Shown: positions 1 to 8,523 of the stretch, one piece after another
How the letters are laid out: every line of letters starts with the position of its first letter
Position numbering within the stretch: position 1 is the first letter of the stretch
NCBI GenBank assembly: GCA_015062605.1
Contig: SUUI01000006.1
Span: forward strand, 15,205-79,204
Direction: 5' to 3'
Source: Eggerthellaceae bacterium
Lineage (GTDB): Bacteria; Actinomycetota; Coriobacteriia; Coriobacteriales; Eggerthellaceae
Length of the DNA stretch: 64,000 nt
Notes under the pieces: generated by a model
The model's input: only the letters and a program-made list of their open reading frames with translations
Database searches by the model: none
Told to the model about the DNA's origin: nothing
Translations under genes and position numbers: made by a program

Positions 1-387
1 CGCCAAGCCTGCCGCAATGGACAGAGAATCCGACGCATGGCCTGAGGGATGCACATCATGGGGACTCTCATTCGGCTTCGGAAAACCAGAGATCCCGCCA
101 AGCTCGCGAAGATGGTCGAACCCGGCAAGGCGACCAGTGATCATCTTGTGGGCATACGCCTGATGCCCCACATCGAAGACGAATCTATCTTTCGGGGAAT
201 CGATCATGCTATGCACGGCAAGGATTATCTCAACCGCACCAAGCGATGATGCGACATGACCGCCGTGCTCGGATGTGGACGCGATGATCTGATCGCGAAT
301 CTCATCTGCGAGAATCGTGAGATCTTCGTCAGAAAGCACCTTCAAGTCAGCAGGGCTTTGTATGACGTCGAGAATACGCGGTTCCAT
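1..387 (-). CDS. dxs: 1-deoxy-D-xylulose-5-phosphate synthase, N-terminal fragment; the gene runs off the window start
   Basis: My own translation of the minus strand from the ATG at 385-387 gives MEPRILDVIQSPADLKVLSDEDLTILADEIRDQIIASTSEHGGHVASSLGAVEIILAVHSMIDSPKDRFVFDVGHQAYAHKMITGR..., a typical Dxs N-terminus. It is absent from the ORF track because it is open at the window edge. It starts 4 nt after the xseB stop. Confidence 0.85.
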   Translation of the reverse strand, partial: MEPRILDVIQSPADLKVLSDEDLTILADEIRDQIIASTSEHGGHVASSLGAVEIILAVHSMIDSPKDRFVFDVGHQAYAHKMITGRLAGFDHLRELGGISGFPKPNESPHDVHPSGHASDSLSIAAGLA

Positions 388-391
388 GTAT

Positions 392-634
392 TTACGCCTC
401 GGTGACCTCTCCACCGTCCGCTTGCTCGGCAGCCAAAGCAGCCGCGAGCTCCTCGGCGGTTTTCTCGCTGATATCCTGCTCGATGAGTGCACTGGCTTTC
501 GAGCCGAGTTTAACGGCTTCTTCGTACAATGACAATGCGTCATCGAGCGAGATACCCTCGTCGCTCACTGCCTCGACGATCTGGTCAAGGCGCTCTTTGA
601 GCTGAGAGTAATCCGTCACATCACTCATCTTCAT
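392..634 (-). CDS. xseB: exodeoxyribonuclease VII small subunit
   Basis: ORF 392..724 (-). The conserved core is SDVTDYSQLKERLDQIVEAVSDEGISLDDALSLYEEAVKLGSKASALIEQ. The likely start is the internal Met (MKMSDVT) at 634, which overlaps the nusB stop. The upstream part of the ORF lies inside nusB. Confidence 0.85.
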   Translation of the reverse strand: MKMSDVTDYSQLKERLDQIVEAVSDEGISLDDALSLYEEAVKLGSKASALIEQDISEKTAEELAAALAAEQADGGEVTEA

Positions 635-1070
635 CCGTCTCCTCATATTCTTCGCCCGAAAGCGTTGCAGCGATCTTGCCGAGCACGCCATTGACGAAGC
701 GATGCGACTCGTCTTCGCCACCAAACGCCTTCGCCAGCTCTACCGCCTCGTTGATGGAGACGCTCATCGGTACCGAATCGATATAGAGCATCTCGAAAGC
801 GGCGAGGCGCAAAACGCATCGATCGATTATCGGCATGCGCGAAACAGCCCAGTTCTCGGACGCATCGCTTAAGATCTCGTCAATCTCTTTGACGTGCTCT
901 TCAACACCCTCTATGAGCGTGAGCGCGTAATCATCGATGATGCCGCCTTCTTCAGGATACGTCCCCTGCGAGATAATCTCTTTTGGAGAGAGCTCGCAGA
1001 TCTCAGCAGAATAGAGTACCTTGACGGCAGCCTGCCGCGCTTTCGTATGTTCGTGGGTCCTAGCAGCCAT
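621..1070 (-). CDS. nusB: transcription antitermination factor NusB
   Basis: A 149-aa ORF with a NusB-like core (AAVKVLYSAE...SRMPIIDRCVLRLAAFEMLY...INEAVELAKAFGGEDESHRFVNGVLGKI). The asp23-nusB-xseB-dxs synteny resembles Firmicutes. Confidence 0.9.
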   Translation of the reverse strand: MAARTHEHTKARQAAVKVLYSAEICELSPKEIISQGTYPEEGGIIDDYALTLIEGVEEHVKEIDEILSDASENWAVSRMPIIDRCVLRLAAFEMLYIDSVPMSVSINEAVELAKAFGGEDESHRFVNGVLGKIAATLSGEEYEETDEDE

Positions 1071-1119
1071 TTAAAACGTTCCTCTAGGTCGCAGGATAGA
1101 ACCGATTTACTGTTCCGTA

Positions 1120-1467
1120 TTAGTTGAAGCGAACGGCATCAACATACACATCGATACGCTCGACCGGAGCGTTGATCTGCACCTCGATAGCATCAGCAAC
1201 CGCAGTGCGGACCTTGTCGGCCAACTCGGGCAGTACATAACCGTACTCGGCCTCGAGGCGCACAGAAATGATGAGCTTCTCATCTTCGCTGACATCGACG
1301 TCGACCGCTTCTTTGCTCGCGCTCGCGAACAGGCGCGCAATCGGACCGGCCGATTGGTCGGCACCGGAAAGCCCTACGACGCCTTCGACGTTCTTGACCG
1401 CTAGCGAGACGATCGTCTCGACAGCAGCCGAAGAGAGAACCATACCGCTGATCGTTATATCCTTCAT
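1120..1467 (-). CDS. Asp23/Gls24 family envelope stress protein
   Basis: A 115-aa ORF, MKDITISGMVLSSAAVETIVSLAVKNVEGVVGL..., which is a typical Asp23 family N-terminus. It overlaps the accC stop by 4 nt. Confidence 0.85.
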   Translation of the reverse strand: MKDITISGMVLSSAAVETIVSLAVKNVEGVVGLSGADQSAGPIARLFASASKEAVDVDVSEDEKLIISVRLEAEYGYVLPELADKVRTAVADAIEVQINAPVERIDVYVDAVRFN

Positions 1468-2816
1468 AACAAATCCCCCATCTGAGTCTCAATGAAATCC
1501 GTTGTTACATCGCCTGCGCAGAACAACTCGTTCTCGAGCACGCGCTTATGGAATGGTATCGTTGTCGCAATGCCCTCGATTTCGAATTCATCGAGTGCAC
1601 GGCGCGCACGCGCAATCGCTTCGTCGCGATCCTGGCCATGTACGATGAGCTTGGCAACTAAGGAGTCGTAGTACGGCGAGATGCGCGAGCCCTCGTGGAT
1701 GTAGGTCTCGAGGCGAACACCCGGCCCGCTTGGAACCTGGAAACGGGTGATCGTGCCAGGGCACGGGCGGAAGCCGTGCTCGGGGTCCTCTGCATTGATA
1801 CGCATCTCGATGGCATGGCCGGAAGGCGTGAATGGCGCACGGCGCGCACAGCTCATCGGCTCGCCTGACGCGATGCGCAGCTGCTCTTTGATGATATCGG
1901 TACCGGTAATCATCTCGGTCACGGGATGCTCGACCTGCACGCGCGTGTTCATCTCCATGAAGTAGAAATGACCATCGGGAGCCAAGAGGAACTCCACCGT
2001 TCCCGCATTGCGGTAATCGACCGCGCGCATGGCCTTGACGGCGGCAACGCCCATCTGACGGCGCAGCTGGTCATTTAAGGCCGGAGACGGAGCCTCTTCG
2101 ATGAGTTTCTGATGACGGCGCTGGACCGAGCAGTCGCGCTCGCATAGGGCGATGCGATTGCCGAAGTTATCCGCAAGCACCTGGATCTCGACGTGCCGCG
2201 GACGCAACACGAGCTTCTCCAAGTACACTTCGTCATTCCCGAAAGCAGCGCCTGCCTCCGCGCGCGCAGCGCGGTACGCGGACTCGAGGTCCTCTGGATC
2301 ATGCACTTCGCGCATGCCCTTGCCGCCGCCGCCAGCCGTTGCCTTGATAAGCACCGGATAGCCAACGCGCTCAGCAAAGCGCTGCGCCTCTTCGACAGTA
2401 TCGATGCAGCCATCAGAGCCAGGAACCGTGGGGACGCCCACCATGCGCATGGTCTCGCGAGCAGAGCTCTTATCGCCCATGCGGTCGATGCAATCCGCCG
2501 ACGGACCGATAAACACGAGGTCGTTTTCCGCGCACGTCCGTGCGAAATCGGCATTCTCGGCCAAGAAACCGTAACCGGGATGGATGGCCTCGGCCCCCGT
2601 GTTGAGCGCCGCCTGGATGATGTTGGCCATCACCAGATAGCTCTTGGTGGCCTGCGCTGGACCGATGCATACGCGCTCATCGGCGTATTGCACCGGATAG
2701 GTGTCCGCATCCTCCGTCGAGTACACCGCAACAGTGTGCACGCCCAGCTCCTTGCAGGCGCGCATGATGCGCAGTGCCACCTCACCGCGATTGGCAATGA
2801 GGATCTTATTGAACAT
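1464..2816 (-). CDS. accC: biotin carboxylase subunit (AccC/PycA type)
   Basis: ORF 1464..2882. The conserved start MFNKILIANRGEVALRIMRACKELG is the Met at 2816. ATP-grasp and biotin carboxylase motifs run throughout (GYPVLIKATAGGGGKGMR, EMNTRVQVEHPVTE). Confidence 0.9.
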   Translation of the reverse strand: MFNKILIANRGEVALRIMRACKELGVHTVAVYSTEDADTYPVQYADERVCIGPAQATKSYLVMANIIQAALNTGAEAIHPGYGFLAENADFARTCAENDLVFIGPSADCIDRMGDKSSARETMRMVGVPTVPGSDGCIDTVEEAQRFAERVGYPVLIKATAGGGGKGMREVHDPEDLESAYRAARAEAGAAFGNDEVYLEKLVLRPRHVEIQVLADNFGNRIALCERDCSVQRRHQKLIEEAPSPALNDQLRRQMGVAAVKAMRAVDYRNAGTVEFLLAPDGHFYFMEMNTRVQVEHPVTEMITGTDIIKEQLRIASGEPMSCARRAPFTPSGHAIEMRINAEDPEHGFRPCPGTITRFQVPSGPGVRLETYIHEGSRISPYYDSLVAKLIVHGQDRDEAIARARRALDEFEIEGIATTIPFHKRVLENELFCAGDVTTDFIETQMGDLL

Positions 2817-4689
2817 CGGAACCTCCCGACGTAATGGGCTCGATGTAGAACAGGACCGTGCCATACTCCACAGGCGTTGCATCCTCGAGGCATACCTCGC
2901 GAATCGTGCCCATCTCCTCGGACTCGATCTCGTTCATGAGTTTCATTGCCTCGACAATGCATAGGGTCTGACGAGCAGCGACCTCGTCGCCGACCTTCAC
3001 GAACGGCTCTTCTCCCGGTGCAGGCGCAGCATAGAAGGTGCCTACCATGGGAGCGCGCACGGCATGCCAGTTGGCGGGACGCGCGGAATCATCTTGCTTG
3101 GGAGCTTCCTTCTTCGGAGCGGGTTCTGCAACAGCTTGCGATGCGGCAGCAGTCGCTACGGGAGCGGCGACGGTTGCGGCAGCCGCGCTCGGCATGCGCA
3201 CGGCGATGCGCATTCCCTCTTCCTCGACGACGATTTCCCCTACACCGCTGTTCTTAACGAGCTCGGTGAGTTCACGAATCTGATTGATATCCACGTAATC
3301 GTCCTCCTTCGTACCGCTGGACTCTTGCTCCAGCAGAAAATCAACGCTTTCGGCTGTGCGATGCTTGCTTAAGTAGGTACGCGCCTCATTCGGGAACAGA
3401 GCGTACATGAGCACGTCCTCTTCCGTCTTGGCCAAGTCGCCGATCTCCTCGGCAACCTCATCATAAGTCGTGGTTACAAGCGAACCCGGTGCCACATCGG
3501 GCGGCAGGATTTGCGAATCGCCGACAACCTTCTTCACGACCTCCTCATCCATGCGGCCGGGTGCCTTGCCGTAGTAACCGCAGATGTAATCTTTCATCTC
3601 CTTCGAGACAACGCTCCAGCGCTTGCCTGTAAGCACGTTGAACACCGCCTGGGTGCCTACGATCTGGGACATCGGCGTGACCAGCGGTGGATAGCCGACT
3701 TCGGCTCTAACAAGCGGGATCTCGCGCATGACCTCGGGCAGACGGTCGCCAGCCTTCTGAATCTCGAGCTGGCTTACCAGATTGCTCATCATGCCGCCAG
3801 GAACCTGATGCGAGTACACCTGCATATGGATCAACGAGGAAACACCGCGCTTGTAATGGCCGCGCTTGCGGATTTCCTCCCAATACTCGGCGATCTCGAA
3901 GAGCAGATCCAAATCGAGGCCGGTGTCGTAACGGCTTTCCTGAAGGGCAGCCACAATCATCTCTACTGCGGGATGGCTGTTGCCGAACGCGAGCGGCGCA
4001 TGTGCGGTATCGGCGATAGCAGCGCCCGCCTCAGCGGCCTTGATGATGTTGGCAGGTGCCATGCCGCCAACATAATGGCAATGGATGTGCACTGGCAGAC
4101 CGATCTCAGCACTGAATGCCTTGACCATGCGTTCGGTGCGATACGGGGTGAGCATGCCAGCCATATCCTTGATGGCGATGGAATCCGCACCAAGCTCCTT
4201 GAGCGCTTGGCCGTACTCAAGATAGCTGTCGAGCGTGTGCACGGGCGATACCGTATACGAGATAGCGCCCTCGAAATGCCCTCCGCATTCCTTGATAGCC
4301 TCGGCGTTATCGACGATGTTACGGACATCGTTTAGGGCATCGAATACGCGGAAGACATCGATGCCGTTTCTCTTAGCAGCCTTGATGAAGCGATTGCAGA
4401 TCTCGCGGGAATAATGCTTATAACCCACGAGGTTCTGACCGCGGGAAAGCATGGCAAGCGGAGTGTTCGGTGTATTCGCCTTGATGGAGCGCAGACGCTC
4501 CCAGGGATTCTCGTCCAAGAAGCGCAGACATGTATCGAAGGTCGCACCGCCCCAGGCCTCGATCGCCCAATATCCGACGCGGTCCATGCGCGGAAGGATC
4601 GGCAGCATATCGCCGATCGACATACGGGTCGCCCACAGGCTTTGTTGACCGTCGCGAATCGTGGTGTCCATGATGTGAAGCTTCGCCAT
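2806..4689 (-). CDS. carboxyltransferase (5S/oxaloacetate decarboxylase alpha type) fused to a C-terminal biotin carboxyl carrier domain; pyruvate carboxylase subunit B-like
   Basis: ORF 2806..4815. The conserved start MAKLHIMDTTIRDGQQSLWATRM is the Met at 4689, preceded by GGGAGAG. The C-terminus carries the biotinyl-lysine motif CIVEAMKLMNEI. It overlaps the downstream accC start. Confidence 0.85.
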   Translation of the reverse strand: MAKLHIMDTTIRDGQQSLWATRMSIGDMLPILPRMDRVGYWAIEAWGGATFDTCLRFLDENPWERLRSIKANTPNTPLAMLSRGQNLVGYKHYSREICNRFIKAAKRNGIDVFRVFDALNDVRNIVDNAEAIKECGGHFEGAISYTVSPVHTLDSYLEYGQALKELGADSIAIKDMAGMLTPYRTERMVKAFSAEIGLPVHIHCHYVGGMAPANIIKAAEAGAAIADTAHAPLAFGNSHPAVEMIVAALQESRYDTGLDLDLLFEIAEYWEEIRKRGHYKRGVSSLIHMQVYSHQVPGGMMSNLVSQLEIQKAGDRLPEVMREIPLVRAEVGYPPLVTPMSQIVGTQAVFNVLTGKRWSVVSKEMKDYICGYYGKAPGRMDEEVVKKVVGDSQILPPDVAPGSLVTTTYDEVAEEIGDLAKTEEDVLMYALFPNEARTYLSKHRTAESVDFLLEQESSGTKEDDYVDINQIRELTELVKNSGVGEIVVEEEGMRIAVRMPSAAAATVAAPVATAAASQAVAEPAPKKEAPKQDDSARPANWHAVRAPMVGTFYAAPAPGEEPFVKVGDEVAARQTLCIVEAMKLMNEIESEEMGTIREVCLEDATPVEYGTVLFYIEPITSGGSDVQ

Positions 4690-4976
4690 GAACGCACTCT
4701 CCCTTCTGGCTGCAAACGTCAAAGAACCGATTGATCGCTCTCTGCGCGCACGTGAAACGGTTCTACCCATATGCCGTTTCAAGGTGCGCACGCACAGGTG
4801 CGAAAACGTTCTCAATCGAAATATTAAGTATAGAGTATTTGCCTCTTTTCATGCGGCGAGAAAGCCAAAACGTCTGCTAAAGCGAACCGTTTGTCCACAC
4901 ATCGGTCACAAAGCGCTATCATGATGCCAAGCGCGAAAACGACAGGCGCTGCACACAATCGTCGTAAGGAGACATC

Positions 4977-5264
4977 ATGGGTCGTGTTATGAAAACAGCT
5001 GGTGCAACTAAAGAAGAGCCAAAGCCCGTAGAAGCAACGCCCGAAGAGCCACTGCCCGTCGAAGAGGAAGCTTCCGAGAAGGAAGACGAGGAAGAGGAAA
5101 AGAAGCCCAAGAAGAAGAAAAAGGGCAAGAAAGACAAGGACAAGAAGAAGTCCAAGAAGAAGAAAAAGAAGAAGGATTCCGAGAAAACGGAATCTACGCT
5201 CATGACCTTCGAAGAGTGGCACGAGTTCGTCAAGAAAGCCACCAAGAAGGCCTTGAAAGACTAA
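4977..5264 (+). CDS. small, highly charged Lys/Glu-rich protein (95 aa), function unknown
   Basis: A strong RBS (AAGGAGA) lies 5 nt upstream of the ATG at 4977. It is the only plausible gene in the 570-bp gap between the carboxyltransferase start and the rnr stop. The low-complexity K/E core is followed by an ordered-looking tail, TLMTFEEWHEFVKKATKKALKD. Confidence 0.5.
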   Translation: MGRVMKTAGATKEEPKPVEATPEEPLPVEEEASEKEDEEEEKKPKKKKKGKKDKDKKKSKKKKKKKDSEKTESTLMTFEEWHEFVKKATKKALKD

Positions 5265-7216
5265 TCTACACTGAACACGAGGGTGCGCGTTCGGGGTTGC
5301 GCCTCTTCCAGGCGCACCTCGACGCGATCGCCCAATCGCCACACCTTCCCCGTTTCCTGCCCCGTTAGCAGATGACGAGCAGGATCGAGTGCGAAGTATT
5401 CGCTCCCTAGGAAACGTATGGGTACCAAGCCCTCCGCCGTATTCTCAAGGCGGACGTATATGCCATAGGTTGCAACCCCGCTGATAATTCCAGAGAACCG
5501 CATGCTTACCGACTGTTGCAGATACTCGATGATCTTGCATTCCTGAGATTCGCGCGCAGCCGAGTCGGCAACACGCTCCATAACAGACGAATGCTCTGAT
5601 AACCACGTAAGGTCCTTTGCCGGCTTATAGCGATCCGCCATCTCCCCCGCATAAAGCGCATGCAAGGCACGATGAACCATTAGGTCGGGATAACGTCTGA
5701 TAGGACTCGTGAAGTGCGCGTAATGCGTGCTCGCCAAGCCATAGTGGCCCGCGCAATCCGGTCGATACACCGCCCTCTGCATTGCACGGACGAGAAGCGA
5801 TGATACCAACTCCTCTTCGGGGCGACCCGAAGCACGATCGAGCACATCGCATAAAGCATGGGGGTTCCCTGCAACGAACAGAGCTTCCGGGATTTCTGAG
5901 AACCAAGAGAACTCCTGGAAAACGGGAATCAACCCGGAAAGGGCATCAGCAGCCGGCTGCTCATGCACGCGATAGATGCAAGGGAATTCACGCTCGCTGA
6001 TGTGATGCGCGACCACCTCGTTCGCGAAGATCATCGCCTCTTCGACCAAGGACGTCGCATCGGTCTTCCTGCGTACATCGATGCCGATCGTATGTCCCTC
6101 ATCATCAAGACGCGCCTTCGCCTCGACCGTCGCGAAATCCAAGCCTCCACGTGCCTTCCTCGCAGCGGCTCGCGCCTTAGCAAGTGTTGAAAGCGCCCGT
6201 AAGCGCCCACCTATCTCGTCTTTAGAATCAGTTAGGAGATCGAGCGCTTGCTCATACGTCAGCCTTGCATGCGAACAGATCAGCGCGGGATAGATATCAT
6301 ATGAGACAAGATGCGCCTTCTTATCGACATACAAATCGACCGTCATCGTGCGGCGCACGCATCCAGGCTTCAGCGAGCACATCTCCGCAGAGAGCTCTTC
6401 GGGAAGCATCGGGATGACGCGGTCGGCAAGATAGACGCTCGTCGCGCGGCGGCGCGCATCTAAATCAAGCGATGAATTCCATGGCACATAGTGGGCGACG
6501 TCGGCGATATGCACGCCAAGGCGCCAACCGTTATCAGTCTTCTCGATGGAAAGCGCATCATCGAAATCGCGTGCATCGGCCGGATCGATGGTCATCGTGA
6601 AGCGATCGCGCAAATCCCGATAGCCATCACGGAGCGCACCCTCCTCGTCAAGCGTTACGAGGGAGGCTTCTTTTCGTGCGGCTTCGGAGAATTCGGTTTC
6701 AAGGCCGTGGTGCGCGATGATCAATTCGATATCGACCGCAGACTCATCCGCAGGACCGAGCACTTCCTCAATAACCCCCGTTGCAGCGGCATTGCGCTCT
6801 GGAAAGGTCACGATTCTGACGCGGACGAGGGAGCCGTCTGGCACATCCGGATTGTCCGCACGCATCGTGAAGATGTCATGATTGATGCGCGGATCTTCAG
6901 GAACGACGATTCCGAACGGTTCGCATACTTCATACCGGCCAATAAGCGAGTCGTGCGCGCGTCCGAGCACACGTACCACGCGTGCGGCAGGGCAACCTGC
7001 AGCTGGTGCGTTTGCATACTTGCCCCGCTTGGGCAAAGGCGACACCTCTACCAAATCACCGGTGAATGCATAGCCCATCTTGCGCTCAGGAATGAAGTAC
7101 TCCCCCTCGGCCGTCTTAACGAAGCCGTATCCACCATATCTCACGTCGAGAACACCGCGCGGGTAGCTGCGCGGCTTCTTCCGTGTTGGGGATTTGGAAC
7201 GGGACATGAAGCGCAC
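5261..7216 (-). CDS. rnr: ribonuclease R (RNB family 3'-5' exoribonuclease with C-terminal S1 domain)
   Basis: A 651-aa ORF. RNB motifs are present (DPADARDFDDALS, GVHIADVAHYV, SVYLADRVIPMLPE, HYGLASTHYAHFTSPIRRYPD). The C-terminus is S1-like (FSGIISGVATYGIYVRL). Confidence 0.9.
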   Translation of the reverse strand: MRFMSRSKSPTRKKPRSYPRGVLDVRYGGYGFVKTAEGEYFIPERKMGYAFTGDLVEVSPLPKRGKYANAPAAGCPAARVVRVLGRAHDSLIGRYEVCEPFGIVVPEDPRINHDIFTMRADNPDVPDGSLVRVRIVTFPERNAAATGVIEEVLGPADESAVDIELIIAHHGLETEFSEAARKEASLVTLDEEGALRDGYRDLRDRFTMTIDPADARDFDDALSIEKTDNGWRLGVHIADVAHYVPWNSSLDLDARRRATSVYLADRVIPMLPEELSAEMCSLKPGCVRRTMTVDLYVDKKAHLVSYDIYPALICSHARLTYEQALDLLTDSKDEIGGRLRALSTLAKARAAARKARGGLDFATVEAKARLDDEGHTIGIDVRRKTDATSLVEEAMIFANEVVAHHISEREFPCIYRVHEQPAADALSGLIPVFQEFSWFSEIPEALFVAGNPHALCDVLDRASGRPEEELVSSLLVRAMQRAVYRPDCAGHYGLASTHYAHFTSPIRRYPDLMVHRALHALYAGEMADRYKPAKDLTWLSEHSSVMERVADSAARESQECKIIEYLQQSVSMRFSGIISGVATYGIYVRLENTAEGLVPIRFLGSEYFALDPARHLLTGQETGKVWRLGDRVEVRLEEAQPRTRTLVFSVD

Positions 7217-7219
7217 CCC

Positions 7220-8491
7220 CTACGACAGGGATAGCGCCGTTTCGAGAGCGATGCTTTTTTGCTGGTCGTCGCCGGTGTCGTTCACGTAGATGGTAGGTGA
7301 GATGCCCTCATTGCTGATTCCATGACCCAAGGGGCTTAAGTAGTATGCAGCCGTATACCTTACAGCACCGCCGAACGAGAGCTCGCGCACAACCTGCACG
7401 CTGCCCTTTCCCAGCGTGGTAGTGCCGATGATGGTCGCACGGTTGGAATCCTTGAGAGCTGCCGCCAACACCTCGGCAGCAGCAGCCGTATTGCCATTGA
7501 CGATGACGGCAAGGGGCTTTTCAGTAAGCACGTTGCCCGAAACGGACTTGTTGCTGGTAGCATTCTTCGTCTGGATCTGCACGACCATGCCGCTCGGCAT
7601 GAACAAGCTCGCGATATCAACCGCCTGCGTCAAATACCCGCCTGGGCAATCACGCAGATCGAGAACGTACGCGGCGGCATCCTGGGCATCCAGCTCCCGA
7701 ATCGCCGCTGCGACTAGATCGGCGGAGTCATACGTGAATTGCGAAACCCTGATATAGCCGACACGGTTTTCGAGCGAGTACGTCACATTTTGCTTGGATA
7801 CATTCGTGCAATACAAGGTCGTGGTGAACTCGTCACCTACATCGGAATCGAGGAACGGAACACGAAGCCATGTGATAACGACTTGGCTTCCCTCATCGCG
7901 GGCGAGCATGTTGGCGACTGAAGAGGCAGTCCATGTATCGGAACGCTCGCCATCGATGGCTACGACGATATCCCCTTCCACAACGCCGGAGACGTTTGCG
8001 GAAGAGCCCTCGAACACATCAGCCGCGTATACGCGACCATTATATTCCGCGAACAGAACGCCGATGCCCGCAGGCGAGCTCGTGGAGCTCTCCTGCTTGT
8101 ACAGTGCATATTGGGCTGGCGTGAAATAGCGTGCGTAGGAATCATCGACCACCTTCACGAAATCGGTGAGGAGATTCGTAGTCGCCGCTTCTAAGTTGTA
8201 CGTGTCGACGCTTTGCGTTTGCAGGATGCCTTCGACTTCGGCCACGCGTGCTGAGATGGAATCATAGGTATTGCCCGTGACCGTCGTGCCAGGATTCTTC
8301 GCATCGGCTTCCTCGGAAGAGATGAAGCCGAGCGAAGTCATGAGCTGTACGTTCCCGCGCACGGCGAAGCCGATGACGAATGCGGCGACAACGACGATGA
8401 CCATCGCGAGCGAGAACAGAATCTTCGAGCGGCGCTCGTGGCTACGTTTGCCCTGCCCTGAACGGCGGATTATGTCCTTGTCGAGAACCAT
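7220..8491 (-). CDS. S41 (C-terminal processing peptidase, CtpA/Prc) family homologue with N-terminal TM anchor and PDZ domain; the catalytic Ser motif appears degenerate
   Basis: A 423-aa ORF with a PDZ-like segment (GVVEGDIVVAIDG) and the S41 Lys box TTLGKGSVQ. The usual G-[ST]-A-S-A-[SA]-E nucleophile box reads N-T-A-A-A-A-E instead. Confidence 0.8.
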   Translation of the reverse strand: MVLDKDIIRRSGQGKRSHERRSKILFSLAMVIVVVAAFVIGFAVRGNVQLMTSLGFISSEEADAKNPGTTVTGNTYDSISARVAEVEGILQTQSVDTYNLEAATTNLLTDFVKVVDDSYARYFTPAQYALYKQESSTSSPAGIGVLFAEYNGRVYAADVFEGSSANVSGVVEGDIVVAIDGERSDTWTASSVANMLARDEGSQVVITWLRVPFLDSDVGDEFTTTLYCTNVSKQNVTYSLENRVGYIRVSQFTYDSADLVAAAIRELDAQDAAAYVLDLRDCPGGYLTQAVDIASLFMPSGMVVQIQTKNATSNKSVSGNVLTEKPLAVIVNGNTAAAAEVLAAALKDSNRATIIGTTTLGKGSVQVVRELSFGGAVRYTAAYYLSPLGHGISNEGISPTIYVNDTGDDQQKSIALETALSLS

Positions 8492-8523
8492 GACGTATCT
8501 CGCTGGGCCTTAAGCCTTTCCGA

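Noticed and set aside
4750-4800. The inverted repeat GAAACGG-N13-CCGTTTC and the adjacent GTGCGCAC palindrome in the leader of the carboxyltransferase gene
   Set aside because: This could be an operator, but the arms are short, no known motif matches, and there is no second copy in the window. The evidence is insufficient to call a feature.
4824-5342. Minus-strand ORFs (172 aa and 108 aa) with poly-Leu/Phe runs opposite the K/E-rich small ORF
   Set aside because: They are the complement of the homopurine tract (AAG/GAA becomes CTT/TTC). They have no RBS, and one runs into rnr. The plus-strand ORF has a strong RBS.
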